NCBI GenBank assembly: GCA_040902745.1
Contig: JBBDWR010000029.1
Location: forward strand, 8,791 to 72,790
Origin: Actinomycetota bacterium
Lineage (GTDB): Bacteria; Actinomycetota; UBA4738; HRBIN12
Reading direction: 5' to 3'
DNA length: 64,000 nucleotides
Shown: piece after piece, positions 47,775 to 57,584 of the stretch
Layout: each line of letters opens with the position of its first letter
How positions within the stretch are numbered: position 1 is the stretch's first letter
Notes under the pieces: model-generated
Told to the model about the DNA's origin: nothing
Databases searched by the model: none
Seen by the model: only the letters and a program-made list of their open reading frames with translations
Translations under genes and position numbers: made by a program

Positions 47775-49340
47775 TCAGGTGGGCGCGAGCACGTCGAGCC
47801 ACTGGCGCCACAGATCGGTGGCACCGGAGCCGTCCGACTCCGCGAACTGACTCGTCACCGCCACGCGCTCGGCGTCTCCCGGATCCCGGTTCGCGGCGCT
47901 GGTGCCGCCCCAGGGGTCGACTCCCGGCCCGGCTTGGTAGCGCGCCTGGCCGGCACGCAGTCGCACGGTACCGTCGATGGTTCCCCCGACGATGTCGGTC
48001 GCGTAGGCGGACAAATACTCCCCGCCCCCCAGCAGCCCCGCGCGAACGTACGTGGCGACGATCGTGCCCCCCGCGGTGGTGGCCACTGCCGGCCAGGCGA
48101 GATCGCGGTCCTCGATGGCGATGGTGCCGTGGGCGGTGACCACGGAGGCACCGAGGTCCGCGTCCGGACGCACTTGGTACCAGCGGACCGCCGATTCCAC
48201 GTATCCCGCCCCGCCCACATCACGTCGGATCGTGTGCGCAGCCGTTATCCGATCGGCGTCGACGTCGTACACGGATGGTCCGAACCGAAGATCGCCCGTA
48301 TCCCAGAACGTATCGGGGTCGCCGAGGCCCCCGTCGGCTTGTGTCCCGTAGGGAGCGACCGCCACCGGAGCGACCCTCTTGGCGGCGCGCGCGAGCTTGA
48401 GTCCCCCGCCCCCACGCTTGAGGCGCCACAGCACGACCCGTTCCCCTCGGATCGACCCCTGGAAGGAGACGAGGTACTGCACCTGCGGCGACGACCCGCC
48501 GTAGGTCTGCATCGGCTGCAGGCCGACGCCCCGCTCGTTGTGGGGATCACGCGTCCGGTCGCCTGCGAAGACCTTCCGCTGGAGTTCACCGCAACCTCCG
48601 TACAGGCTCCCCTTCGGGAACGCCAGGACCTGCGCGTAGTGGAACTTCGCCCCCTTGATCCCCCGCTGATCGGTCGCGATCGTCACGCGATCGCCCGTGA
48701 ACCCCAGCGCCGGCTGCGTGGCGCGCTGCTTCGCGTCGCGGGGTGTCTGATCGCCGTTGATCTTGCGAACGCACCAGGCGCTCGGGTCGTCCGCCGTTTC
48801 GTCTCGCGCGGTCGCGACCACGATCCACGAGCGGGTCGGGTTCGAGGCGCGGTCTTGGGCGACGTAGACGAGGACGAACCGTTTGGCGTAGTGGTCGAAG
48901 ACCACCCGCGGCGCGGACTCCACGGCGCCGTTGGGCAGCGCGTTGCGCAGCGATCGCAACCGGATCGGCCATCCGGCGCGCAGCGCCCCCGAAACGGGAC
49001 CGAACACGCCGACATGCGGTGTCACGGCGGAGACGAACCAGGAGTCGCCGAGCGCCCCGGTGCTCGAAGCCGGAACCGCTCCCACCCGGTCGTCGATGCC
49101 GAGGAACCCTCCATCGGACACGGGCGTTCGCCCCACGATGGCGGTCTGGGACGGCGGGAGGAGGCGACCGGGATCAACGATCCTCGTCCGGAGCTTGCGA
49201 CCCGCGACCTCAGCCGGCGTCGCAACGACATCGGCTGCGGCTACCGGAGAAGACACTGCAACGATGAGCGCGACCAACACGGCGATGTGGATGTGGCATC
49301 GGGTGGGACGGATCGCGAAGACCTTCCTGCGAGCGGCGTT
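47775..49340 (-). CDS. Secreted hypothetical protein (~500 aa, no recognised domain)
   Basis: A hydrophobic signal-like segment (HIHIAVLVALIVAVSSPVAAA) is followed by a GC3-rich frame. The true start codon is unresolved, so the 5' end is approximate. Confidence 0.45.
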   Translation of the reverse strand, partial: NAARRKVFAIRPTRCHIHIAVLVALIVAVSSPVAAADVVATPAEVAGRKLRTRIVDPGRLLPPSQTAIVGRTPVSDGGFLGIDDRVGAVPASSTGALGDSWFVSAVTPHVGVFGPVSGALRAGWPIRLRSLRNALPNGAVESAPRVVFDHYAKRFVLVYVAQDRASNPTRSWIVVATARDETADDPSAWCVRKINGDQTPRDAKQRATQPALGFTGDRVTIATDQRGIKGAKFHYAQVLAFPKGSLYGGCGELQRKVFAGDRTRDPHNERGVGLQPMQTYGGSSPQVQYLVSFQGSIRGERVVLWRLKRGGGGLKLARAAKRVAPVAVAPYGTQADGGLGDPDTFWDTGDLRFGPSVYDVDADRITAAHTIRRDVGGAGYVESAVRWYQVRPDADLGASVVTAHGTIAIEDRDLAWPAVATTAGGTIVATYVRAGLLGGGEYLSAYATDIVGGTIDGTVRLRAGQARYQAGPGVDPWGGTSAANRDPGDAERVAVTSQFAESDGSGATDLWRQWLDVLAPT

Positions 49341-49448
49341 CGGGGGAACTCCGCGGAACTCCCCCGACCCTACCGCACGGGCGCCGGAGACCGTCCACGT
49401 CAACGACCTCTCGCCCAATGTTTGACGGAACCCGAGCGAGCTGGCACG

Positions 49449-49526
49449 ATGCCCCGGATGAGCGTTCTGGCGGAAGGCTGGGTGTGGCGCTTGGGCTCGA
49501 TGAGCCCGGTGCCGACACGCGCCTGA
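49449..49526 (+). CDS. Candidate trp leader peptide (MPRMSVLAEGWVWRLGSMSPVPTRA) with two Trp codons
   Basis: A small ORF ~95 nt upstream of trpE contains tgg-gtg-tgg. It is followed by overlapping alternative hairpins and an intrinsic terminator. Confidence 0.5.
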   Translation: MPRMSVLAEGWVWRLGSMSPVPTRA

Positions 49527-49555
49527 TCCTCCACCAGCAACGACGACGCGGCCGG

Positions 49556-49581
49556 CCCCGGGCGATAAGCCCGGGGTTTTT
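49556..49581 (+). terminator. Attenuator terminator upstream of trpE (stem ccccgggc/gcccgggg, loop gataa, then TTTTT)
   Basis: An 8-bp perfect GC stem plus a U5 tract lies 40 nt before the trpE RBS (gaaggagga) and its GTG start. Confidence 0.6.
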
Positions 49582-49620
49582 CCGTTCCGGACCCGCCGAC
49601 GAACCACAGAAGGAGGACCG

Positions 49621-51177
49621 GTGCAACCGCATCAGCAGATCCGGCCCGATCGAGACGAGTTCGACGCCCTCGCTTCGCAGTGGCCGCTCGTCCCGGTTTG
49701 GACCGAGCTGCTCGCCGACGTCTCCACCCCTGTCGGGCTGTTCCACGCGCTCGCGGGGGACGGACCCGGGATCCTGCTCGAGAGCGTTGAACGGTCGGAG
49801 CGCTGGGGTCGCTTCTCCTTCGTGGCGGGCGACCCCGCCGCCTTGATCGTCGCCGACGAGCGCGGCGTGCGGATCGAGGCGCAGGCACGAGATCTCCCCA
49901 TAGCGGTGCCCGAATCCCCATCGCAGCCGCGCGAGGCCCTCCGCTCCGTGGCACAGGCGCTGCTCGGACCCCGGGTCGAGGCCCTCCCCGCCTTGACGGG
50001 CGGGCTGATGGGGGTCCTGAGCTACGAAGCCGCACACCTGCTGGACGGACATCCGTATCCGAGCGGCGACGGACCGGGCGGTCTGCCGCCGTGCCCTCCC
50101 ATCACCCTGCAGGTGATCGACCGCGCCGTCGTGTTCGATCACTGGAGGCAGCGTCTGCTTCTCGTCGCGCACGTGCCCGCCGGCGGCTACGACGAGGGGG
50201 TTGCAGCGCTGGAGGATCTCGCCGAACGGGTCGGCGGAGCGGTCGCTCCTGCCCCCGCGCCGCTCCCCTCCTCAAGCGCGATCGACATCGGGCTCGGAGA
50301 AACGAACATGACCGACGAACGATTCGTGCAGATCGTCCGAGACTTCAAGGAGCACATCCTCGCCGGCGACATCTTCCAGGGAGTCCCCTCGCGACGCGTC
50401 GCGTTCCCTGCGCCGGACGGAGGATTCCCGATCTACCGCCGACTGCGGGTGAGCAACCCGTCGCCGTACATGTTCTACGTCCGCCAGCCCGGCATGGAGC
50501 TCGCAGGCTCCTCCCCGGAGCCACTGGTGCGCGTCGAAGGACGACGTGTATCGACCCGCCCGATCGCCGGGACGTACGCTCGCGGCGCCGACGAACAGGA
50601 GGACCTCGCGCTCGAGCGCAAACTCCTCGCCGATCCGAAGGAGCTCGCCGAACACGCGATGCTCGTCGATCTCGCCCGCAACGACATCGGCCGTGTGTGC
50701 ACGGCGGGGACCGTCGAACCCACGGAACTCATGGTGGTCGAACGATTCTCCCGGGTGATGCACATCGTGAGTACCGTCGAGGGCGATCTCGCCGACGGAC
50801 TCGATCCACTCGACGCGCTCGCGGTCACGTTCCCTGCCGGGACCGTGAGCGGTGCTCCCAAACGCAGGGCCATGGAGTTGATCGCCGAAGCAGAGCCGAC
50901 CGCGCGCGGCCCCTACGCTGGGGCGGTGGGATATCTCACCTTCGCCGGAGATCTCGACTTCTGCATCACGATCCGTACCGCGGTGATCGCCGATGGCATC
51001 GCCACGGTGCAATCCGGCGGCGGCATCGTGGCCGATTCCGATCCCGAGACCGAGCTGCGCGAGAGCAAGGCGAAGGCATCGGGTCTCATGCCTGCGGTCG
51101 CCGGACCGGCGAGCACCCCGAGGGCCTCAGCGTCCGGCGAGAACGATCCGGCCGCGGATACGGGAGCGCTGCGATGA
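49621..51177 (+). CDS. trpE: Anthranilate synthase component I
   Basis: Chorismate-binding enzyme with the Trp-feedback motif LLESVERSERWGRFSFVAG and catalytic-region motifs (PYMFYV, GAVGY). A Trp attenuator precedes it. Confidence 0.8.
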   Translation: MQPHQQIRPDRDEFDALASQWPLVPVWTELLADVSTPVGLFHALAGDGPGILLESVERSERWGRFSFVAGDPAALIVADERGVRIEAQARDLPIAVPESPSQPREALRSVAQALLGPRVEALPALTGGLMGVLSYEAAHLLDGHPYPSGDGPGGLPPCPPITLQVIDRAVVFDHWRQRLLLVAHVPAGGYDEGVAALEDLAERVGGAVAPAPAPLPSSSAIDIGLGETNMTDERFVQIVRDFKEHILAGDIFQGVPSRRVAFPAPDGGFPIYRRLRVSNPSPYMFYVRQPGMELAGSSPEPLVRVEGRRVSTRPIAGTYARGADEQEDLALERKLLADPKELAEHAMLVDLARNDIGRVCTAGTVEPTELMVVERFSRVMHIVSTVEGDLADGLDPLDALAVTFPAGTVSGAPKRRAMELIAEAEPTARGPYAGAVGYLTFAGDLDFCITIRTAVIADGIATVQSGGGIVADSDPETELRESKAKASGLMPAVAGPASTPRASASGENDPAADTGALR

Positions 51178-51740
51178 TCCTCGTGATCGACCACTACGAC
51201 TCGTTCGTCTACAACCTCGTCCAGTTGATCGAGAAGCTCGGCGCAAGCACCGACGTCGTCCGCAGCGATGCGGAATCCGCCGAGGCACTGGTTGCTCGCA
51301 GGCCCGACGCCGTGGTGCTGTCTCCCGGTCCCGGTCGACCGGAGGACGCCGGATGTATGACCGACCTGCTCGCGATCCTCCCGTCCGAGACCCCAGTCCT
51401 CGGCGTGTGCCTCGGTCATCAGGCCCTCGGCATCGCCGCGGGAGGACGGGTCGAGCGCGCCGCCCCCGTCCATGGGAAGGCGTCCAAGGTCTTCCACGAA
51501 GGAGCGGGGATCCTCGCCGGCGTCTCGAACCCGTTCGAGGCCGCCCGGTACCACTCGCTCGTAGTGTTGCGCGACGACCTCCCCGACCAGCTCGAGCTCA
51601 CCGCATGGACCGACGACGGACTCGTGATGGCGACCCAGCACCGGGAGCTTCCTCGATTCGGCGTCCAGTTCCACCCGGAGAGCATCCTGACACCAGAGGG
51701 GCCGACGATCGTCGAGAGCTTCTTGCGCCTCACGAGGTAG
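51174..51740 (+). CDS. trpG: Anthranilate synthase component II (class I glutamine amidotransferase)
   Basis: The start (ATGA) overlaps the trpE stop. The catalytic triad lies in LGVCLGHQ ... HPE. Confidence 0.8.
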   Translation: MILVIDHYDSFVYNLVQLIEKLGASTDVVRSDAESAEALVARRPDAVVLSPGPGRPEDAGCMTDLLAILPSETPVLGVCLGHQALGIAAGGRVERAAPVHGKASKVFHEGAGILAGVSNPFEAARYHSLVVLRDDLPDQLELTAWTDDGLVMATQHRELPRFGVQFHPESILTPEGPTIVESFLRLTR

Positions 51741-51817
51741 CCAGCCGTGAGTTTGCACTCGTGACGAGCTCGGACCAAGCTGAACGCCCGCATCCGGCCC
51801 CAACGAGGAGACTCGCG

Positions 51818-52384
51818 ATGAGTGACCTTGCCAGCCTGTTCCAGACTGCGAGCAGCCGATTCGGAGAGCTCGTGCATCTCGTGCGAGATGATCAGTGGAC
51901 ATCGTCGACGCCATGTACCGAGTGGGACGTCCGCGCGCTCGTGAATCACCTGGTCGTCGAGGATCTCTGGGTACCTCCACTGCTCGCCGGCAAGACCATC
52001 GAGGACGTGGGAGACGCCTTCGACGGTGACGTGTTGGGGGACGATCCGATCGCAGCTTGGGATCGCGCGGTCGGATCCGCGCAAGCGGGATTCTCCGCGG
52101 CTGACGCGATGACTCGCAAGGTCCACCTATCGTTCGGCGAGTCACCCGCTGAGGAGTACGCGTTCCAGTTGACAGCTGACCATACGATCCACGCGTGGGA
52201 TCTTGCTCGTGGGATCGGCGCCGACGACACACTGGATCCCGAACTCGTCACGTTCGTCAGCGAGCGACTGCTCCCTCAGATCGAGGATTGGCGGTCGGGT
52301 GGCGCGTTCGTCAACCCGGTGCCGGTGCCGGAGGGTGCAGACACACAGACTCGGCTTCTCGCCGAAACCGGCCGCACGGTCTGA
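51818..52384 (+). CDS. DinB/YfiT-like (mycothiol-dependent maleylpyruvate isomerase N-terminal domain-like, TIGR03086-type) protein
   Basis: 189 aa; DinB-fold four-helix bundle with a conserved His triad (HLVVED...HTIHAWD). Confidence 0.6.
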   Translation: MSDLASLFQTASSRFGELVHLVRDDQWTSSTPCTEWDVRALVNHLVVEDLWVPPLLAGKTIEDVGDAFDGDVLGDDPIAAWDRAVGSAQAGFSAADAMTRKVHLSFGESPAEEYAFQLTADHTIHAWDLARGIGADDTLDPELVTFVSERLLPQIEDWRSGGAFVNPVPVPEGADTQTRLLAETGRTV

Positions 52385-52418
52385 GCCGAGCAGGCCGCTG
52401 CCCTTCGGACCCGATCTA

Positions 52419-53513
52419 TCAGGCGGGCTCGGAGGCGCGGTCGGCCTCGATCTTCTTGGCCTCGGCGATCAATCGCGAGACGAACTCCGATTCAGGGATC
52501 TTATCGACGACCTCGCCGCCGACGATCAGGAATCCCTGCCCTTTGCCCGCCGCGATGCCGAGGTCGGCCTCGCGAGCCTCGCCGGGTCCGTTCACGACGC
52601 AGCCCATGACGGCGACGCGGATCGGAACCTTGAGCCCTTCACGCTCGAGTGCCTCGTTGACCTGCTTCGTGAGACCCAGCACGTCGACCTCGGCGCGACC
52701 ACAGCTGGGGCAGGCAACCAGGTCGAGTCCGCGTTTGCGCAACCCGAGGGATTGCAGGATCGCGGCGCCGACCTTGACCTCCTCGACAGGGTCGTCGGTC
52801 AGCGAGACGCGGATCGTGTCACCGATCCCTTCGGCGAGCAGCGTGCCGATCCCCACGGCGCTCTTGACCCCTCCGATCGGCATCGGGCCCGCTTCCGTGA
52901 CGCCGAGGTGGAGCGGATAGTCGCACTTCTCGGCGAGCATCCGGTAGGACTCGATCATCACGCGGGGATTGGAGTGCTTCACCGAGATCTTGATGTCGAA
53001 GAAGTCTTCGTCCTCGAGGATGTGGGCTTCGTTCAAGGCCGATTCGGTCAACGCTTCGGGCGTGGGCGCCCCGTACTTGTCGAGAAGGTCCTTCTCCAGC
53101 GATCCGGCGTTGACCCCGATCCGGATCGGGACGCCGCGGTCCTTGGCCTCGCGCGCGATCAAGCGGACCTTGTCCTGGTACTTGATGTTGCCGGGGTTGA
53201 TGCGGAGTCCCTGGATCCCCGCTTCCAGCGCTGCCATCGCGTACTTCCACTGGAAGTGGATATCGGCCACGACCGGGATCGTGGACTTGGCTGCGATCGC
53301 GGTGAGCGCCTCGGCGTCCTCCCAATGCGGGACGGCGACCCGGACGATCTCGCAGCCCGTGGCGACGAGCGAGGCGATCTGTTGCAGAGTCGCGTTGATG
53401 TCGGCGGTCTTGGTCGTCGTCATCGACTGGATCCGCACCGGAGCGCCTCCGCCGATGTCGACGTCGCCGAGCCGGATCTTCCGCGTCTGTCGTCGTTCGG
53501 TCAGCATGGGCAC
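52419..53513 (-). CDS. ispG: 4-hydroxy-3-methylbut-2-enyl diphosphate synthase (flavodoxin)
   Basis: The GcpE family [4Fe-4S] Cys (ACPSCGR) is present. Confidence 0.95.
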   Translation of the reverse strand: MPMLTERRQTRKIRLGDVDIGGGAPVRIQSMTTTKTADINATLQQIASLVATGCEIVRVAVPHWEDAEALTAIAAKSTIPVVADIHFQWKYAMAALEAGIQGLRINPGNIKYQDKVRLIAREAKDRGVPIRIGVNAGSLEKDLLDKYGAPTPEALTESALNEAHILEDEDFFDIKISVKHSNPRVMIESYRMLAEKCDYPLHLGVTEAGPMPIGGVKSAVGIGTLLAEGIGDTIRVSLTDDPVEEVKVGAAILQSLGLRKRGLDLVACPSCGRAEVDVLGLTKQVNEALEREGLKVPIRVAVMGCVVNGPGEAREADLGIAAGKGQGFLIVGGEVVDKIPESEFVSRLIAEAKKIEADRASEPA

Positions 53514-53529
53514 ACCCGGCTCGAGCGAC

Positions 53530-53982
53530 TCATTCCCCGAAGACGTGGAAGGTGATCTGGCGCTCCTTCGGTTCGTCCATCTCGAACAGGATCAGTCGCT
53601 GCCAGCGGCCGAATCCGGGCTCGCCCGCGACCACGGGGATCGCGTGGGAGGTGGCCGACAGCAGCATGGCCTTCACGTGGGAATGGCCGTTGGCTCGCTC
53701 ATGCGGCTCCTGGAGGTTCTGTGTGCGCAGCTCGAGATCGTCGTGCGCGTAGTACAGATCCTCGTCGGGCACGAGGTCGCGCACCCGGGTGCGGAAGTCG
53801 GCCATCGCGCCGTCCTCCCATTCGTTGATGAGCAGGGCGCACGTCGTGTGGGCGCAGAAGACGATCGCCGCCCCCTCGGTCACTCCCGAGTCCTTGACGG
53901 CTCGGTCCAGCTCCTCGGTGAGATCGCGATAGGCGTAGCGCTCGGGTGCGGTCACTTCGATCGTCGTCGTGCGAGCGGTCAC
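53530..53982 (-). CDS. YjbQ/UPF0047 family (secondary thiamine-phosphate synthase-like) protein
   Basis: 150-aa whole-length YjbQ fold. It overlaps the kinase gene stop. Confidence 0.8.
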   Translation of the reverse strand: MTARTTTIEVTAPERYAYRDLTEELDRAVKDSGVTEGAAIVFCAHTTCALLINEWEDGAMADFRTRVRDLVPDEDLYYAHDDLELRTQNLQEPHERANGHSHVKAMLLSATSHAIPVVAGEPGFGRWQRLILFEMDEPKERQITFHVFGE

Positions 53983-55382
53983 AGATGCCTCCTTGTACCG
54001 ACGTTCGTTTTCGGGTCGGGCCCGGACTGCTCCTCGTCACCGCGAGATGCCGCGGCCGGCAACTCGAAGGCGAAGATGCTGCCCTGGCCCGGCCGGCTCT
54101 CTGCCCAGATCCGACCACCATGTGCCTCGATCACCGAGCGGGCGATCGCGAGGCCGATCCCGGTGCCCCCGTCGTCTCGGGAGCGCGCTGAGTCTACGCG
54201 GTAGAACCGCTCGAAGAGACGAGGAAGGTGCTCGGGGGGGATGCCCACCCCGGTGTCCGCCACGCGCACCTGGACCGCGCCTTCGTGCGGCTGCGCGGTC
54301 ACGGTCACGCTCCCTCCGGCCGGCGTGAATCGAACCGCGTTGTCGAGCAGGTTGAACAGCACCTGGTGCACGCGCTCCGCATCCGCAAGCGCCGCGGGAA
54401 CGCCGTCGGGGATCTCGCTCTCGACGCGTACCTGCCTCGCAGCGCGAGCGACCTCGATCTCCGATACCACCCGGTCGACGAGTGGTGCGATCGGCACCCG
54501 GCCCCGGTGCAGCGGGACATCGCCCGACTCCAGCCGGGACAGGTCCAGGAGTTGATCGACGAGCCGGCCGAGGCGTTCGGCTTGCCCGAGCATGACCTGC
54601 AGCGTCTCGGGATCAGGTTGTTCGACCCCGTCGAGGAGGTTCTCCAGGTGCGCGTGCATCGCCGTGATCGGGGTCTTGAGTTCGTGGGCCGCGTTCGCGA
54701 CGAGATCCCGACGCTGTCGCTCGACGCTCTCGAGTTCGGAAGCCATGCGATTGAATGCCTCGGCGAGCTGGCCGACCTCGTCTCGAGAGGTCGTAGTCAC
54801 GCGATGGCCGTACTCGCCCATCGCCATCGACCCCGCGGCGGCAGCCATATCCCGCAACGGCTGGGTCATGCCTCGCGCGAGCCACCGTGCGAACAACAGC
54901 GCGGTGCCACCGGCGATCGCTCCCGCCAGCAGGAGCTGCCATCGGTAATCGCGGAGGAAGCGTGCGGATTTCGCGAAACCGCCGACCAGCCCACGGGGCG
55001 GGGCGTTGCGGTAGGCGTAGATCGTTGCGACCTGTTTGCCGTCCACGACCATCGGTACCGCAGCCCAGATCACCTCCGCGTTGACTCCCCAATGGCTCCG
55101 ACCGTCGAAATACTGCGGGGGCAGCTCATCGGGAGCCCTGCCCTCGAAGTATCTGGCGTGGTTCAGGTAGAGGATCTCGACGCCCGGTGGCGTCTTGCGC
55201 AGATCGGCCGACGCCGCGCGGTTCGCGACGACCATGAGCCGGAGGAAGTCCGCTTCCGCTTGCGAATTTCGCAGCGCGTACGCGAAGAGAACGTAGATCA
55301 CCACCAGGGTCACCATGACCGCGAGGACGATAGTGGATCCGAGCTTGGCCCGGATCGACGGCAGCCGCTGCAGGACCCGCAT
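53979..55382 (-). CDS. Two-component sensor histidine kinase
   Basis: Two TM helices plus a periplasmic loop, a HAMP domain, a HisKA domain (AAHELKTP) and HATPase_c (N, G1 DTGVGI, G2 GTGIGL). Confidence 0.85.
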   Translation of the reverse strand: MRVLQRLPSIRAKLGSTIVLAVMVTLVVIYVLFAYALRNSQAEADFLRLMVVANRAASADLRKTPPGVEILYLNHARYFEGRAPDELPPQYFDGRSHWGVNAEVIWAAVPMVVDGKQVATIYAYRNAPPRGLVGGFAKSARFLRDYRWQLLLAGAIAGGTALLFARWLARGMTQPLRDMAAAAGSMAMGEYGHRVTTTSRDEVGQLAEAFNRMASELESVERQRRDLVANAAHELKTPITAMHAHLENLLDGVEQPDPETLQVMLGQAERLGRLVDQLLDLSRLESGDVPLHRGRVPIAPLVDRVVSEIEVARAARQVRVESEIPDGVPAALADAERVHQVLFNLLDNAVRFTPAGGSVTVTAQPHEGAVQVRVADTGVGIPPEHLPRLFERFYRVDSARSRDDGGTGIGLAIARSVIEAHGGRIWAESRPGQGSIFAFELPAAASRGDEEQSGPDPKTNVGTRRHL

Positions 55383-56081
55383 CTATCCGCCGTCCTGGAA
55401 GGCGTACCCCACGCCGTGGACCGTGCGGATGAAGCGCGGTTCGTTGCCGTCCTCCTCGAGCTTGCGACGGATCCGTGCGACGTGTGAATCGACGACCCGC
55501 CCGCCCGCGTAGTCTCGGTAACCCCACACGCTGTCCATCAGCTGCTCGCGGGAGAGCACGACGCCGGGCTCCGCAGCGAGAGTCGCTAGGATCTCGAACT
55601 CCAGCGGGGTCAGCGGGACTTCTTCACCGTCGAGAACCGTGCGCCGCCGCTGCGGGTCGATGACCAATCCGTCGTGCTCCACGGGACCGCTCGGCTTAGC
55701 CGTGCGGATGTTGTCCATACGCCGGATGATCGCGCGAACGCGAACCGCGAGCTCACGCAGGCTGAAGGGCTTGGTGAGGTAGTCGTCGGCACCGGCGGCG
55801 AAGCCGGCCACCTTGTCCGTTTCCTCGGTGCGCGCCGTGAGCATCAGCACCGGGGTCCAGCCGTCGCGCTGGATCTCCCGGCACACTTCGAGGCCGTCCA
55901 TCCCGGGAAGCATCAGGTCCAGTACGACCAGATCGGGGGATACCTGGCCGTGCAAGCGGATCGCCTCGGGACCGTCGTAGGCCACTTCCACGCGGTAGCC
56001 CTCGCTCTCGAGGCGCTTGCGGACTGCCTCCGCGATCGCCTCCTCGTCGTCGACGACCAGGACGGTTCTCTGCTCACTCAC
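55383..56081 (-). CDS. OmpR-family response regulator
   Basis: A receiver domain (DDE...D...K) plus a winged-helix Trans_reg_C domain. Confidence 0.9.
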   Translation of the reverse strand: MSEQRTVLVVDDEEAIAEAVRKRLESEGYRVEVAYDGPEAIRLHGQVSPDLVVLDLMLPGMDGLEVCREIQRDGWTPVLMLTARTEETDKVAGFAAGADDYLTKPFSLRELAVRVRAIIRRMDNIRTAKPSGPVEHDGLVIDPQRRRTVLDGEEVPLTPLEFEILATLAAEPGVVLSREQLMDSVWGYRDYAGGRVVDSHVARIRRKLEEDGNEPRFIRTVHGVGYAFQDGG

Positions 56082-56219
56082 GGCACCATCGTAGCCCGCG
56101 TCGCGTGATGGACCATCAGCGAGGGTGTGGAGATATCGTGGTTCGGACTTGCTGAACAGCGAGGATGTTCATCCCTGCGCTGTTGGGTTCGGAGGCTCCC
56201 GCGGCGGAGCGGACGTGCG

Positions 56220-57581
56220 TCAGGGCCCGAGCTGCAGGGGCTTGGTGATGTCGACGAGCACCGCAGCAGAAGTGAACAGCACGAAGAAGGTCAGGACCAC
56301 CGCGGCCACCGGAACGAGCCGCCGGACATCCACGCGCTTGCCTCGGATCTTCTCGATCACCAGGACCGCCAGGTGTCCTCCGTCGAACGGCGGCAAGGGC
56401 AAGAGGTTGAGCAGTCCGACGAAGACGTTGATCGCCCCGAACAAAAACAGCAGCTGGAAGAACCTCCCACCTTCGGACAGGGTGCCCGCCGCGCCCGCCA
56501 GGCCGATCGCGCTCGCCGGATCGGTGACCTCCCGCTCCGCGTCGGTGAACAGGAGATCGCGCATCCGCCCGATCCCTTCGGGGCCGAAGATCCGAGCCGC
56601 CTCGCGTACCGAGTCCTGCGTTGCCAACCAGACCATCTGCGCGCCGTCAGACAGAGACTGCGGGAACCCGCTCTTCTCGACGACAGACTCGCTCAGCTCC
56701 ACGCCGATCCGCCATTGCATCTGGACTTCATCGACGCCTGGAGACGGCACGAGGACCGGTTGGAGCGTCGTTTCGATGACCTCGCCGTCACGCTCGATCA
56801 CTAGTTCGAGCGCGTCGCGCTGATGCTCGCCGACGAACTCGACGAAGACGTTCGCCGAGGGTTCGCTCACGCGATCCGGCCCGCTGGCGACCTCGACGAC
56901 GCGATCCCCGCGGCGCAGGCCGGCGACATCGGACGGCGTGGCCAGAACGCTCGCGGCGACGACCGTTTCCACCCGCTCGGTTGTTTCCCCCTGTTGCCGT
57001 TCGAGTACCAACAGCAGCTCTTCACCCTGGTGTTCGCGGACGAATCGTTGGAACCCCGCCTCGCTCGGGTGCGCAACGCTGGCAGACCCCGCCACCACGA
57101 GCACGACGCGGTCTCCGGCCATCGCGGACAAATCCCCGGGCGGAAGCGGTGCCGCGAACGTCTGCTCGACCGTGGGAAACGTCACGGACTCGGATGGGAA
57201 GAGCCCTCCGGCGAACGTCAACGCGATGGAGAAGAAGATGAAGGCGATAACGAAGTGCGTGAGCGGCCCCGCGGCGATCACGATCGCGCGCTGCCAGGCC
57301 GGCTTCTCGTAGTAGGTGCGTGGGAAGTCGGGGTCGGAGGGCGCCACGGGACGGAACGGGTCCATCCCGGCGATCTTCACGTAGCCGCCCGCCGGGATCG
57401 CCTTGAGGCCGTACTCGGTCTCGCCGCGACGGACCGACCAGAGCCGCTTGCCGAAGCCGACGAAATACTCCTCAACCTTGAACCCGAAGAGTTTCGCGAA
57501 CCCGAAGTGTGCGGCCTCGTGGATCAGGACCACGAGCAGGAGCATCACGATGAACGCCGCCACGCCCAGGGCGGTGCTCAC
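56220..57581 (-). CDS. rseP: Site-2 (RIP) zinc metalloprotease RseP/Rip1 with PDZ domains
   Basis: HEAAH motif in TM1, PDZ domains and the LDG motif (LPLPPFDGGH). Confidence 0.85.
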   Translation of the reverse strand: MSTALGVAAFIVMLLLVVLIHEAAHFGFAKLFGFKVEEYFVGFGKRLWSVRRGETEYGLKAIPAGGYVKIAGMDPFRPVAPSDPDFPRTYYEKPAWQRAIVIAAGPLTHFVIAFIFFSIALTFAGGLFPSESVTFPTVEQTFAAPLPPGDLSAMAGDRVVLVVAGSASVAHPSEAGFQRFVREHQGEELLLVLERQQGETTERVETVVAASVLATPSDVAGLRRGDRVVEVASGPDRVSEPSANVFVEFVGEHQRDALELVIERDGEVIETTLQPVLVPSPGVDEVQMQWRIGVELSESVVEKSGFPQSLSDGAQMVWLATQDSVREAARIFGPEGIGRMRDLLFTDAEREVTDPASAIGLAGAAGTLSEGGRFFQLLFLFGAINVFVGLLNLLPLPPFDGGHLAVLVIEKIRGKRVDVRRLVPVAAVVLTFFVLFTSAAVLVDITKPLQLGP

Positions 57582-57584
57582 GGG

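Noticed and set aside
49621-51740. Alternative identity of the trpE/trpG pair as aminodeoxychorismate synthase (pabB/pabA).
   Set aside because: Component I retains the LLESxxxxxxxxGR(F/Y)S Trp-feedback motif, and a Trp-codon leader or attenuator precedes the pair. This favours anthranilate synthase, although the GATase subunit could be shared.
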